This document shows, in pieces, positions 10,168 to 20,606 of a stretch of DNA of 42,177 bases (the stretch's first letter is position 1; each line of letters opens with the position of its first letter). Position numbers and translations under genes: made by a program. The stretch is from NCBI GenBank assembly GCA_028684345.1, contig JAQUGB010000001.1:1-42177 (forward strand). The letters are read 5' to 3'. This DNA is from Tepidiphilus sp. (GTDB lineage: Bacteria; Pseudomonadota; Gammaproteobacteria; Burkholderiales; Rhodocyclaceae). The notes beneath the pieces were generated by a model, which saw only the letters and a list, made by a program, of their open reading frames with translations, had not been told where the DNA came from and searched no databases.

Positions 10168-11721
10168 ATGAATCTGTTGCGCGCGCTGGCCACCGTCAGC
10201 GGTTTTACCCTGGTTTCCCGCATTCTCGGCTTCGTGCGCGACCTGCTGATCGCTGCCGTCTTCGGCGCCGGCCCTGCCACCGACGCATTCTTCGTCGCCT
10301 TTCGCCTGCCGAACCTCTTGCGACGGCTCTTTGCCGAAGGGGCGTTTTCCCAAGCATTCGTGCCGGTGCTCGGGCACACCCGCGAACGCCACGGCGCCCA
10401 GGCCACGCAAACGCTGATCGACCGCGTCTTCACTCTGCTCTTCACCTCGGTGAGCGCCGTAACGCTCTTGGGAATCCTCGGTGCCGCGGCCCTCATCTCC
10501 GTTTCCGCTCCCGGGTTCCTCGCTCAGCCCGAGACCTTCCCGCTCGCCGTGTCGCTTACGCGCATCACTTTCCCTTACATCCTGTGCATGACCCTGGTGG
10601 CGTTTTCGTCGGCCATCCTCAACACTTGGGGCCGGTTCGCGGTACCGGCAGCCACCCCCGTGGCGCTCAACCTCTCATTCATCGCTTTCACGGCGCTCGT
10701 GCTCACCGGCTCGCCCCTCTTCTCCGTGCCGGTGACGGCGCTCGCGTGGGCCGTGCTCGTCGGCGGACTCGCCCAGGTGCTGATTCACGCCCTTGCCTTA
10801 CGGCGGATCGGCATCTGGCCTCGCTGGGACTGGGCACCGCGCGACGAAGGCGTGCGCCGCGTGCTACGGCTCATGGCCCCAGCCGTACTCGGGGTTTCGG
10901 TCGCTCAGCTCTCGCTGCTCATCAACACCGTATTCGCCTCCTTGCTGCCCAGCGGCAGCGTCTCCTGGCTCTACTATGCAGATCGCCTCATGGAGTTTCC
11001 CGCCGGGCTCTTGGGAGCGGCGCTCGGCACCATCCTCTTGCCGAGCCTGTCCCGAGCCCACGCGCGCGCCTGCCAAGCAGACTACCGAGCCCTGCTCGAC
11101 TGGGGACTTCGCCTGACGGTGCTCCTCACGCTGCCCGCAGCGGCGGGCATGGCCCTGCTGGCCGAACCCCTAGTGAGCACTCTTTTTCAGCGCGGAGCCT
11201 TCGGCGCGCCGGACGTAGCAGCCACCAGCCGCGCGCTCCTCGCCTATGCCATCGGGCTTACACCCTTGATCGCCGTAAAAATCCTCGCCCCGGGATTCTA
11301 TGCCCAGCAAAACGTGCGCACGCCCGTAAAAATCGCCGTGATCTCGCTCGTGGTCACACAAGCCATGAACGTGGTGTTCGTCTTCGTCCTGCAGCTCGCG
11401 CACGCGGGTCTGGCGCTGTCGATCAGTCTCGCGGCCTGGCTCAATGCGGCGCTGCTGCTGCGAGGGTTGTGGCAGCGCAACACCTACCGCCCCCTGCCGG
11501 GCTGGGGAAAATTTCTTTTCCGAGTCATGTCGGCCACGATCGTGCTCGGGGCCGTCGCCTGGGTCGGGGCGCAAATGGCTGGCGACTGGCCCCATCTACC
11601 CTCCCTCGAACGCGCCCTATGGCTTTCTGTGCTCCTGGCCGCCTGCGGCCTCGCCTATTTCGGCACGCTCTACGCCTTGGGGATGAGATTGGCCGAGTTC
11701 CGCCGCCAAGGGGGTGAGTGA
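10168..11721 (+). CDS. murJ: Lipid II flippase MurJ (MviN)
   Basis: SRILGFVRD, AFRLPNLLRRLFAEGAFSQAFVP, YADRLMEFP; many TM segments. Confidence 0.98.
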   Translation: MNLLRALATVSGFTLVSRILGFVRDLLIAAVFGAGPATDAFFVAFRLPNLLRRLFAEGAFSQAFVPVLGHTRERHGAQATQTLIDRVFTLLFTSVSAVTLLGILGAAALISVSAPGFLAQPETFPLAVSLTRITFPYILCMTLVAFSSAILNTWGRFAVPAATPVALNLSFIAFTALVLTGSPLFSVPVTALAWAVLVGGLAQVLIHALALRRIGIWPRWDWAPRDEGVRRVLRLMAPAVLGVSVAQLSLLINTVFASLLPSGSVSWLYYADRLMEFPAGLLGAALGTILLPSLSRAHARACQADYRALLDWGLRLTVLLTLPAAAGMALLAEPLVSTLFQRGAFGAPDVAATSRALLAYAIGLTPLIAVKILAPGFYAQQNVRTPVKIAVISLVVTQAMNVVFVFVLQLAHAGLALSISLAAWLNAALLLRGLWQRNTYRPLPGWGKFLFRVMSATIVLGAVAWVGAQMAGDWPHLPSLERALWLSVLLAACGLAYFGTLYALGMRLAEFRRQGGE

Positions 11722-11736
11722 AGAAGCACGCTGCGC

Positions 11737-12231
11737 CTACATCGCGTTGGGATCGAGCCAACCATAGACGTAGCTCACGCTGGTGCGCTCGACCACGCCA
11801 TTGCGGAAATGGACGTTGAAAAGCGTGAAGAGCACCCCGCGCCACTCGGTCTTGATGTTCCAGTCCCACACCTCCTCGCCCGAGAGCCTGAAGTAACGCT
11901 CGCGGCGATGCGTCCCCAGAATACGGGAGACCTCGGCCTTGGTCATGCCAGGCTTGACCCGCTCCAAATTCTCGGGCGCGAGGGCATCATACTGCTCGAC
12001 GATGCGCCCATCGCCATCCACCGTGTACATCCAGCAGGTCCAGCCATAAGGTTGCGTGGCATATTCCAGGGTGCGCGTGCCGTCGGGATTTTCCCAAACC
12101 CGTGCGGGCGAACCGCGTGCGGCAAGGAGCTGCGCCTCCGTCTCGAAGACGGGCGTATGGATGAGCGGTGTGGTGCATGCCCCCAGCAGCACCGCGACGA
12201 TGACAACGACGGGCAATAACCGGGCGCGCAT
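11737..12231 (-). CDS. Lipoprotein with SmpA/OmlA (BamE-like) repeats
   Basis: Lipobox LLGA-C, then GSPARVWENPDGTRTLEY and VKPGMTKAEVSRILG...EVWDW. Confidence 0.75.
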   Translation of the reverse strand: MRARLLPVVVIVAVLLGACTTPLIHTPVFETEAQLLAARGSPARVWENPDGTRTLEYATQPYGWTCWMYTVDGDGRIVEQYDALAPENLERVKPGMTKAEVSRILGTHRRERYFRLSGEEVWDWNIKTEWRGVLFTLFNVHFRNGVVERTSVSYVYGWLDPNAM

Positions 12232-12282
12232 CCTCGTCTCCTGTCTCCACAGTCTCAAGGAGATTATAGTCCCGCCATCCGA

Positions 12283-13530
12283 TCAAGGCATGGACCAAGG
12301 CGTACAGCGCTTCGGCAGGCTCTCCCAGACAGGCAAATGCACGTCCGGCAATCCACCGCGGCAAGGGGTAGGTAAAGTTCCCTCGATGAGGGGTAAGAGC
12401 CAGCGCGAAAACGCCTCGTCTACGCCACAGCCGGCGGCATCGATCCATTGGGGCGGAAAGCCCCGCTCGCGGTTGGCCGGCGTATCGATCGGCACCGTCA
12501 CGCACCGATGACGGCAAGGGGCTTCGTCGAGGCGCTCCACCGCCACCATCACCGCCGAGCTGCCCCCGAGCGCCGTTTCCACGGCGAATTCACCCAGGCG
12601 AGCGGCCACCTCGTAATCGACTGGGCTTGCCCAATGCGCCGCGGCCCGTTGCAGGTAGTCGGGCACGGCGACGTGATACTTCACGCCGAATTCCTGCGCA
12701 AGCCGCTGCGCGAGGGCCATTCCCGCCCCGCCGAGTTGCACGTAGCGCCCCTCCTCCACGCTACGCATCGACAGCAGTCGCCCCGTTTCGTCCTTGACCC
12801 CTTCGGCGACGACGAGGGAGCAAAAACCGAGGCGGGAGAGCGCCTCCTCCACGCGAGGGAAAACCGCTTCAGGACGAAAAGGCGTCTCCGGCAGCAACAC
12901 CAGGTGCGGCCCTTCGTCGGGCGCGAACCGCTGCACGAGCGAGGTACTGGCGGCGAGCCAACCGACGTTGCGCCCCATCGTCTCCATGACGAAGAGCCGG
13001 GGCTTGCGCACATAGAGAGACGCCAAATCGAGGCTCGCTTCGAGATAGCTCGTGGCGAGATACTTCGCCGCCGAAGGGTAGCCGGGGGAGAAATCGGTGC
13101 CGAGGAGATCGTTGTCGATGGTCTTGGGCACCCCCACCACAGTGAGGGGATAGCCCAAGCGTTGCGCACTCAGGTGCAACTGGCGCACCGTATCCATCGA
13201 CCCGTTGCCGCCGTTGTAGAGCAACCAGCGCACCTCATGCGCCGCGAGAACGGCGAAAAGCCGCTCGTGCAGCGCCGGCGCCTCGTCGAACGGCGGCAGG
13301 TCGAAGCGACAGGAACCGAAAGTCCCGCCCGGTGTGCGCGAGATTCGCGCGAGCACGGAAGCATCGAGCGCGCCGGGCGCGACGAGCTCCTCTTCGAGCA
13401 AGCCGACGATGCCGTGCCGGGCGGCGAGAAACGGCACGCCCGACGCGGCGCAGGCGCGCATCACGCCCACGGCGCTCGCGTTGATCACCGCCGTCATCCC
13501 GCCCGATTGGGCGTAGAGGAGCGTGCTCAT
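12283..13530 (-). CDS. 6-phosphofructokinase (PfkA/Pfp family)
   Basis: YAQSGG, FGSCRF, GGNGSMDT, PKTIDND, METMGR, YLQR. Confidence 0.9.
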   Translation of the reverse strand: MSTLLYAQSGGMTAVINASAVGVMRACAASGVPFLAARHGIVGLLEEELVAPGALDASVLARISRTPGGTFGSCRFDLPPFDEAPALHERLFAVLAAHEVRWLLYNGGNGSMDTVRQLHLSAQRLGYPLTVVGVPKTIDNDLLGTDFSPGYPSAAKYLATSYLEASLDLASLYVRKPRLFVMETMGRNVGWLAASTSLVQRFAPDEGPHLVLLPETPFRPEAVFPRVEEALSRLGFCSLVVAEGVKDETGRLLSMRSVEEGRYVQLGGAGMALAQRLAQEFGVKYHVAVPDYLQRAAAHWASPVDYEVAARLGEFAVETALGGSSAVMVAVERLDEAPCRHRCVTVPIDTPANRERGFPPQWIDAAGCGVDEAFSRWLLPLIEGTLPTPCRGGLPDVHLPVWESLPKRCTPWSMP

Positions 13531-14102
13531 GGCGTGGGCAACCCGAGCGCGCGCAGCCGCGGCAGGGCGAGCAACAAGGCCGAGAGCGTCTTGCCGTCGG
13601 TGATCTCACCGGCAAAGATCGCCTGCCACAGGCGCGGCAGCGGCCAGTGCAGCACCTCGAGGAATTCGCCGTGATCGAGGCGGCGGCGACCAGGGCGCAG
13701 TCCGCGGGCGAGAAAGACGTGGATCACCTCGTCGGAATAACCGACGCTGGGATGAAAGCGCCCGATCTCCTCCCAGCACTCGGCCGTGTAACCGGTTTCC
13801 TCCTCCAGCTCGCGCCGCGCACAATCGAGCGGCGGTTCGCCCGCGTCGAGCTTGCCTGCCGGCAGCTCGACGATACTGCATCCCAGGGGATAACGGAACT
13901 GGCGCTCCAGCACCACTTCGCCGGCGTCGGTGAGCGCGATCATCGCCGCGGCGCCGGGATGGCGCAGGTATTCGCGCGTCGTCTCGTGCCCATCGGGCAG
14001 ACGCACGCGGTCGCACAGCACGCGCAGAAAGCTTCCTTCCCATACCGTGTCCGAGCCCAGCGTCCGTTCGCGCAGGAGGTCGTCGGCCGAGGACACGGGC
14101 AA
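13527..14102 (-). CDS. nudF: Nudix hydrolase (ADP-ribose pyrophosphatase-like)
   Basis: Nudix box GKLDAGEPPLDCARRELEEETG; HPGAA, RQFRYP, ITDGKT. Confidence 0.85.
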   Translation of the reverse strand: MPVSSADDLLRERTLGSDTVWEGSFLRVLCDRVRLPDGHETTREYLRHPGAAAMIALTDAGEVVLERQFRYPLGCSIVELPAGKLDAGEPPLDCARRELEEETGYTAECWEEIGRFHPSVGYSDEVIHVFLARGLRPGRRRLDHGEFLEVLHWPLPRLWQAIFAGEITDGKTLSALLLALPRLRALGLPTP

Positions 14103-14109
14103 ACCCCAC

Positions 14110-15582
14110 TCAGAAGGACGTGAGGATAGCGTAGCCGCACACCGCCATCAGCCCCTGCGGCATGAGTCCCGCTACCGCCAGCGTCAGGGCATTGGCCGAG
14201 AGCAGCACGCGCGTCTCGCTGGAGGCGATGAGCGCCGTGCGATCCGTCGGCTCATCGAAGTACATCACTTTGACCACCCGTAGGTAGTAGTATGCACCGA
14301 TCACCGACATGATCACGGCGAGGACGGCGAGCCAGGTATGCCCCGCGCTGACCACCGCTTCGAGCACGGCGAACTTGGCGAAAAAGCCGAGGAAAAAGGG
14401 AATGCCGGCCATGGAGAACATGACGAGCATCATCATCGCCGCGAACCAGGGGCTGCGGCGGTTGAGCCCTTTGAAATCGTCGATGTGCTCGGCCTCGAAC
14501 CCGGTACGCGCGAGCAACAACACCATGCCGAAGCTCGCCAAACTCATGAGTGCGTAGGACACGGCGTAGAAGAGCGCCGAGCTATAGGCATTGAAGACCT
14601 GCTGGTGCCCGCCATCGGTGACGCCGGCGAGCAAGCCCAGCAGCACGAACCCCATGTGGGAGATGCCCGAGTAGGCGAGCATGCGCTTGATGTTGCTCTG
14701 GGCGATCGCCGCGAGGTTGCCGAGCACGATGGAGGCCACCGCGAGCAGCATCAGCATGGGTTGCCAGGTCTCGGCCAGACCGAAAAAACCACCAACGAGC
14801 AGCCGCAGCGCCAGGGCAAAGGCCGCCAGCTTCGGCGCCGATGAGATGAGCAGCGTCACCGGCGTCGGTGCACCATGATAGACGTCGGCCACCCACATGT
14901 GGAAGGGCACCACGCCGAACTTGAAGGCGATGCCGGCCACGAGGAAGGCGAGGCCGAACTTGAACACCAGCTCGTCGCCCGCCCCCAGGGATACCGCCTG
15001 GCCCACCACGCCCAGATCGAGCGAGCCGGTGGCGCCATAGATCATCGACATGCCGTAGAGGAGCAGTCCCGAGGAGATCGCCCCCAGAACGAAATACTTG
15101 ATCGCCGCCTCGGAACGCAAACCATTGTCCCGGTCGAAAGCAACCAGAGCGTAGAGCGCCAGCGTCATCATCTCCAGGCCGAGATAGAGGACGAGCAGGT
15201 TGTTGGCCGACACCAGGATCATCGCCCCGAGCATCGACAGCAGCATCAACACGTAATACTCTGCTTTCTCCAGCCGCCGTTCGATGAGGTAGAGCCGTCC
15301 GTAGAGAAGCGAGGCGAACACCGACAGGTAGATGAAGAGCTTGAGCACCTGGCCGAGCCAGTCCGAAACGTACATCGTGCCGAAGGTGTAGCGAACCGTC
15401 GGATCGTCGACCGAGAAGACCGTGATGAAGGCAGCGCCGATGACGGTGAGCTGCGCTAACGCGTAGCCGAGCTCCCGGCTGATGCGGCGCAGGAAAGTTC
15501 CGGCCACCATGACCACGAGCGTCATTACCGCCACGAAAATCTCGGCAGCAGCCAAGGAGAAGTCCGGTCGTTCGAATTCCAT
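14110..15582 (-). CDS. nuoN: NADH-quinone oxidoreductase subunit N
   Basis: EAAIKYFVLG, FKFGVVPFHMW, KRMLAYS; operon position. Confidence 0.97.
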   Translation of the reverse strand: MEFERPDFSLAAAEIFVAVMTLVVMVAGTFLRRISRELGYALAQLTVIGAAFITVFSVDDPTVRYTFGTMYVSDWLGQVLKLFIYLSVFASLLYGRLYLIERRLEKAEYYVLMLLSMLGAMILVSANNLLVLYLGLEMMTLALYALVAFDRDNGLRSEAAIKYFVLGAISSGLLLYGMSMIYGATGSLDLGVVGQAVSLGAGDELVFKFGLAFLVAGIAFKFGVVPFHMWVADVYHGAPTPVTLLISSAPKLAAFALALRLLVGGFFGLAETWQPMLMLLAVASIVLGNLAAIAQSNIKRMLAYSGISHMGFVLLGLLAGVTDGGHQQVFNAYSSALFYAVSYALMSLASFGMVLLLARTGFEAEHIDDFKGLNRRSPWFAAMMMLVMFSMAGIPFFLGFFAKFAVLEAVVSAGHTWLAVLAVIMSVIGAYYYLRVVKVMYFDEPTDRTALIASSETRVLLSANALTLAVAGLMPQGLMAVCGYAILTSF

Positions 15583-15614
15583 GTTCTATCCCGTCCCAGC
15601 GTAGAGGGCTTGAC

Positions 15615-17102
15615 TCAGTGCAGTTTGCCGGCAGCCACGTGCCGCAGCAGTTCATCGACGGAGGCGTGCATCACGTCCAAGAGCGGCGCCGGATACACCC
15701 CCAGCAGCAACACGAAGAACGCGAGCACCGCCAGCATCCAGAATTCGCGCGCCCCGATGTCTTCGAGCGCCGCGACGTGCTCGTTGGCCACCGGACCGAA
15801 GACGACGCGCTTGTACATCCACAGCGAATAGGCCGCGCCGAGGATGAGCGTGGTGGCGGCCACGAAGCCGATCCAGAAGTTGGTCTTCACCGCGGCGAGC
15901 GCCACCATGAATTCCCCGACGAAACCGCTGGTCGCCGGCAGACCTGAGTTGGCCATGGCGAAGAGCAGGAAGAAGGCCGCGAACTTGGGCATGACGTTCA
16001 CCACCCCGCCGTAGTCGGCGATGCGCCGAGAGTGCATCCGATCGTAGAGGACGCCGATGCACAGGAACATCGCTCCCGACACGAACCCGTGCGAGATCAT
16101 CTGCACGATGGCCCCTTCCACCCCGAGCCGGTTGAACAGGAAAAAGCCCAAGGTGACGAATCCCATATGCGCGATGGAGGAGTAGGCCACGAGTTTCTTC
16201 ATGTCCTCCTGCACCAGGGCGACGAAGCCGATGTAGACCACGGCGATCAGGGACAGGGTCACCATCAGCCACTGGAAGCTCATGGAAGCATCCGGCGCGA
16301 TCGGCAGCGAAAAGCGCAGGAAACCGTAAGCCCCGAGTTTCAACGCGATCGCCGCCAGCACCACCGAACCGCCGGTGGGCGCCTCGACGTGCGCGTCCGG
16401 CAACCAGGTGTGCACCGGCCACATCGGCACCTTCACCGCGAAGGCCACGAGGAAAGCGAGAAAAAGCAACTGCTGCGTGCGCAGATCGAGCGGCAGCCGG
16501 TGCCAATCGAGAATCTCGAAACTACCGTTGGACGCATAGAATAGGTAGAGCAGCGCCACCAGCATCAGGAGCGAGCCGGCGAGCGTGTAGAGGAAGAACT
16601 TGATCGCCGCGTAGACCCGGTTCGGTCCGCCCCAGATGCCGATGATGAGATACAGCGGGATGAGGGACGCTTCGAAGAAGACGTAGAAGAGCACGGCATC
16701 CATCGCCGAGAAGATCCCGTTGATGATGCCGGACATGATGAGGAAGGCGGCCATGTACTGCGCCACCCGCTCCCGGATCACCTGCCAGCCGGCGATCACG
16801 ACGATGAGCGTGACGAAGGAATTGAGCAGCACGAAAGGCATCGAGATGCCATCCACGCCGAGGTGATAGCGCACTGAATAGCGGGGAATCCAGTCGCGGA
16901 TCTCGACGAACTGCAGCGCCGAAGTGCCCGCATCGAACTGGAACCACAAGGGAAGCGTCACCGCGAAGCCGAGCGCCGCCGCGAAGAGACTCGTCACCCG
17001 CGCCAAAGGCACGTTGCGGTCGTTCCCTCCCACCGCCAGCACCAGCAGCCCCCCGAGGATCGGAATCCAGATCGCCAAACTCAGTAAAGGAATTCCCGCC
17101 AT
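15615..17102 (-). CDS. nuoM: NADH-quinone oxidoreductase subunit M
   Basis: LGVDGIS, KVPMWPVHTWLPDAHVEAP; start MAGIPLL. Confidence 0.97.
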   Translation of the reverse strand: MAGIPLLSLAIWIPILGGLLVLAVGGNDRNVPLARVTSLFAAALGFAVTLPLWFQFDAGTSALQFVEIRDWIPRYSVRYHLGVDGISMPFVLLNSFVTLIVVIAGWQVIRERVAQYMAAFLIMSGIINGIFSAMDAVLFYVFFEASLIPLYLIIGIWGGPNRVYAAIKFFLYTLAGSLLMLVALLYLFYASNGSFEILDWHRLPLDLRTQQLLFLAFLVAFAVKVPMWPVHTWLPDAHVEAPTGGSVVLAAIALKLGAYGFLRFSLPIAPDASMSFQWLMVTLSLIAVVYIGFVALVQEDMKKLVAYSSIAHMGFVTLGFFLFNRLGVEGAIVQMISHGFVSGAMFLCIGVLYDRMHSRRIADYGGVVNVMPKFAAFFLLFAMANSGLPATSGFVGEFMVALAAVKTNFWIGFVAATTLILGAAYSLWMYKRVVFGPVANEHVAALEDIGAREFWMLAVLAFFVLLLGVYPAPLLDVMHASVDELLRHVAAGKLH

Positions 17103-17160
17103 ATCGCTCTTCCGTGTGCGCGTCGTCTTGGTATCGTGAAAATCGGGACCTGATCCCGCC

Positions 17161-19170
17161 TCAATGCCCGCCGTAGATGAACCAGAGCAGCACCACCATG
17201 CCAACGATCATCGCGAAGGCGTAGTGGTAGAGCCGCCCGGACTGCAAGGTGCGCGCCGCGGCAGCAAGCTCACCCACCATGGAGGCCGAGCCATTGACCA
17301 CGGCTCCGTCGATGATGGTGCGATCGCCGATCTGCCAGAGGAAACGCCCGAGCAGGCGCGCCCCGCCGGCAAAGACCACCTCGTTGAATCGGTCGAAATA
17401 GTACTTGTTCTCCAGCAGCACGTAGATCGGGCGGAACGTGCGCGCGAAGAATTCCGGCACCTGCGGACGTACCAGGTAGCAGAACCAGGCGAACACGACG
17501 CCGGCGAGCGCGAGCCAGAACGGTGCCGTGGTGAAACCGTGCAAGGCCATCGCCAGAGGCCCGTGGAACTGCTCCGCAAGGTGCGCCATGGCGGGGTGTT
17601 TCTCGGCGAGCACCTGGATCGCATCACCGAACCAGCCGCCGTAGAGCATGGGCTCGATCGTGAAGTAACCGATCACCACCGAAGGGATGGCCAAGAGCAC
17701 GAGCGGCACCGTCACCACCGGGGGCGACTCGTGCGGTTTCTCGCCCGGCGCGAGCCCGTGGTGTTCGTCGTGGCCGTGCGCTTCGTGCCCATGATGCGCC
17801 TTCCCGAAACGCTCCTCGCCGTGGAAGACGAGGAAATACATGCGGAAAGTGTAGAACGCCGTGACGAAAACGCCGGCGAGCACGCAGAAATAGGCATACC
17901 CCGCGCCGAAGACGTTCGCCTCGGCCACCGCCTCGATGATGGTGTCCTTGGAGTAGAAACCGGAGAAGAATGGCGTACCGATGAGCGCGAGCGAGCCGAT
18001 GAGCGCCGTGATCCAGGTGACGGGCATGTATTTGCGCAAGCCCCCCATGTTGCGCATGTCCTGGTCATGGTGCATGCCGATGATGACCGAACCGGCAGCG
18101 AGGAAGAGCAGCGCCTTGAAGAAGGCGTGCGTCATGAGATGGAACACCGCCGCCGAATAGGCAGACGCCCCCAGCGCCACCGTCATGTAACCGAGCTGCG
18201 ACAAGGTCGAATAGGCCACCACGCGCTTGATGTCGTTCTGCACGATGCCGAGAAAGCCCATGAAGAGCGCGGTCGTGGCGCCGATGATCAGCACGAAGGA
18301 GAGCGCGGTGTCGGAGAGCTCGAAGAGCGGTGACATGCGCGCCACCATGAAGATGCCGGCCGTGACCATGGTCGCGGCATGGATGAGCGCCGAGATCGGC
18401 GTCGGGCCTTCCATCGAATCCGGCAGCCACACGTGCAAGGGAACCTGGGCCGATTTACCCATGGCGCCGACGAAGAGCGCGATGCAAATGGCGGTCACGA
18501 GCGGCCAGCCAGTGACCGTCTCGGTGAGCCCCGCCAGATGCTCGGCCTTGGCAAACACTTCGACATAATCGAGAGAACCTGCATAGGCCGCCACCAGCCC
18601 GATACCCAGAAGAAACCCGAAGTCGCCGACGCGGTTGACCAGGAAAGCCTTGAGGTTCGCGTAGATGGCGCTGGGACGCGTGTACCAGAAACCGATCAGC
18701 AGGTACGACACCAAGCCCACCGCTTCCCAGCCGAAGAAGAGCTGCAGGAAGTTGTTGGCCATCACCAACATCAGCATCGAGAAGGTAAAGAGCGAGATGT
18801 AGCTGAAAAACCGCGTATAGCCCGGATCATCGGCCATGTAACCGATGGTGTAGATGTGCACCATCAGCGACACGAAGGTGACCACGAGCATCATCATCAC
18901 CGTGAGCGGGTCGATGAGGAATCCCACCTCGAAGGAGAGCCCGTCGCTCGTGCCCCAGACATAGAGCGGCCCGTTGAACGTGTTGCCCGCCTGCACGTCG
19001 AAATAAATTGCGATCGAGGCGAGGAAGGACACGAGCACACCGAGGATGGTGACCGTATGCGCCCCACGGCGCCCCACCCAGCGACCGAAGAGCCCCGCCA
19101 CGATGGAACCCAGCAGCGGCGCAAATGGGACCAGGAGATAGAGCGTTTTCATTTCGTTCATCGCGCTCAT
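17161..19170 (-). CDS. nuoL: NADH-quinone oxidoreductase subunit L
   Basis: GKSAQVPLHVWLPDSMEGPTP, HAFFKALLFL. Start could be 19170, 19161 or 19152. Confidence 0.97.
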   Translation of the reverse strand: MSAMNEMKTLYLLVPFAPLLGSIVAGLFGRWVGRRGAHTVTILGVLVSFLASIAIYFDVQAGNTFNGPLYVWGTSDGLSFEVGFLIDPLTVMMMLVVTFVSLMVHIYTIGYMADDPGYTRFFSYISLFTFSMLMLVMANNFLQLFFGWEAVGLVSYLLIGFWYTRPSAIYANLKAFLVNRVGDFGFLLGIGLVAAYAGSLDYVEVFAKAEHLAGLTETVTGWPLVTAICIALFVGAMGKSAQVPLHVWLPDSMEGPTPISALIHAATMVTAGIFMVARMSPLFELSDTALSFVLIIGATTALFMGFLGIVQNDIKRVVAYSTLSQLGYMTVALGASAYSAAVFHLMTHAFFKALLFLAAGSVIIGMHHDQDMRNMGGLRKYMPVTWITALIGSLALIGTPFFSGFYSKDTIIEAVAEANVFGAGYAYFCVLAGVFVTAFYTFRMYFLVFHGEERFGKAHHGHEAHGHDEHHGLAPGEKPHESPPVVTVPLVLLAIPSVVIGYFTIEPMLYGGWFGDAIQVLAEKHPAMAHLAEQFHGPLAMALHGFTTAPFWLALAGVVFAWFCYLVRPQVPEFFARTFRPIYVLLENKYYFDRFNEVVFAGGARLLGRFLWQIGDRTIIDGAVVNGSASMVGELAAAARTLQSGRLYHYAFAMIVGMVVLLWFIYGGH

Positions 19171-19175
19171 CGCAA

Positions 19176-19481
19176 TCAACCCTTCAGTTGGTCGAGGTCA
19201 TCGACGTGGATGGAGCGGCGGTTGCGGAACAGCACCACCAAGATCGCCAGCCCGATCGCGGCCTCGGCCGCCGCCACCGTCAAGATGAAGAAGACGAAGA
19301 TCTGCCCATGGATGTCTCCCAGGTAGCGGGAAAAGGCCACGAAGTTCGTATTCACCGCGAGCAGCATCAACTCGATGGCCATCAACAACACGATCAGGTT
19401 CTTGCGGTTGAGGAAAATTCCGACCACGCTGATCGCGAACAAGATGGCGCCGAACACCAGATAATGGGACAAAGTCAGCAT
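19176..19481 (-). CDS. nuoK: NADH-quinone oxidoreductase subunit K
   Basis: [20 protein letters not shown]. Confidence 0.97.
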   Translation of the reverse strand: MLTLSHYLVFGAILFAISVVGIFLNRKNLIVLLMAIELMLLAVNTNFVAFSRYLGDIHGQIFVFFILTVAAAEAAIGLAILVVLFRNRRSIHVDDLDQLKG

Positions 19482-19494
19482 GATGTCTCCCCGC

Positions 19495-20091
19495 TCACTC
19501 TTTTTCTGCGGGCATGGAAATCACCCGCAACCGATCGGCCGCTTTCACCTTCACCTGTTCGGCCGGATCGAGATAACGCACGTCCTTGCGCTTGCGCAGC
19601 GTCAAGCTCACCGCAGCCACCATCGCCACGAGCAGGATCATCGCCGCCAGCTCGAAGGGATAGGCATAGACGGTGTAGAGCACGCGACCGATCGATTCGG
19701 TATTGCTCGCATCGACCGGCAAGGAGGGTGGAGAGGAAGCCTGGCGGAAGAAATCTCCCGTGAGCACGAGCAGCATCTCGACCACCAGCAGCGCCGCCAC
19801 CAACAAACCCAGCGGCAGATTGGACCAAAATCCCTCGCGCAAACGATCGACATTGATGTCGAGCATCATCACGACGAAGAGGAAGAGCACCATCACGGCG
19901 CCCACATAGACGAGCACCAAGGTGATGGCCAGGAATTCCGCCTCGAGCAAGAGCCAGATCGCCGCGGAAGAGAAGAAAACGAGAACCAGGCACAGGGCGG
20001 CATGCACCGGGTTGCGCACCAGGATCACCCCTAGGGCTGCGGCCACCGCGATCGCGCCAAAGAGATAAAAAACGACGGTTTGGAATTCCAT
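19495..20091 (-). CDS. nuoJ: NADH-quinone oxidoreductase subunit J
   Basis: [25 protein letters not shown]; start MEFQ at 20091. Confidence 0.96.
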   Translation of the reverse strand: MEFQTVVFYLFGAIAVAAALGVILVRNPVHAALCLVLVFFSSAAIWLLLEAEFLAITLVLVYVGAVMVLFLFVVMMLDINVDRLREGFWSNLPLGLLVAALLVVEMLLVLTGDFFRQASSPPSLPVDASNTESIGRVLYTVYAYPFELAAMILLVAMVAAVSLTLRKRKDVRYLDPAEQVKVKAADRLRVISMPAEKE

Positions 20092-20110
20092 GGCCTGTCC
20101 TTTTCCCGGC

Positions 20111-20596
20111 TCAACGATACTTCGCGTCGGCCGCACGATCGGCGGCGATCTGCGCTTCGTATTTGTCGCCCACCGCCAGCAGCATCTGCTTGGTGTAATA
20201 GAGATCGCCGCGCTGCTCCCCGTGGTACTCGAACACCCGCGTCTCGACGATGGCATCCACCGGGCAGGCCTCCTCGCAAAAGCCGCAGAAGATGCACTTG
20301 GTGAGGTCGATGTCGTAGCGCGTGGTGCGGCGCGAGCCATCGGCACGCGGCTCGGCCTCGATGGTGATGGCCATGGCCGGACAAATCGCCTCGCACAGCT
20401 TACAGGCGATGCAGCGCTCCTCGCCGTTGGGATAGCGGCGCAGCGCGTGCAATCCCCGGAAACGGGGGCTTTGCGGCGTGCGCTCTTCGGGATATTGCAC
20501 CGTGATCTTGCGGGCGAAAAAGTGCCGCCCGGTCACGGCGAGCCCTTTGAAGAGCTCTTTGAGGAACAAGGTTCCGATCAGGTTGTGTGCGCCCAT
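20111..20596 (-). CDS. nuoI: NADH-quinone oxidoreductase subunit I
   Basis: [12 protein letters not shown] and [12 protein letters not shown] 4Fe-4S motifs. Confidence 0.98.
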   Translation of the reverse strand: MGAHNLIGTLFLKELFKGLAVTGRHFFARKITVQYPEERTPQSPRFRGLHALRRYPNGEERCIACKLCEAICPAMAITIEAEPRADGSRRTTRYDIDLTKCIFCGFCEEACPVDAIVETRVFEYHGEQRGDLYYTKQMLLAVGDKYEAQIAADRAADAKYR

Positions 20597-20606
20597 CGTA
20601 TTCTCC

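Noticed and set aside
17750-17810. His-rich loop in NuoL (AHHGHEAHGHDEHHG)
   Set aside because: This is a common feature of proteobacterial NuoL.
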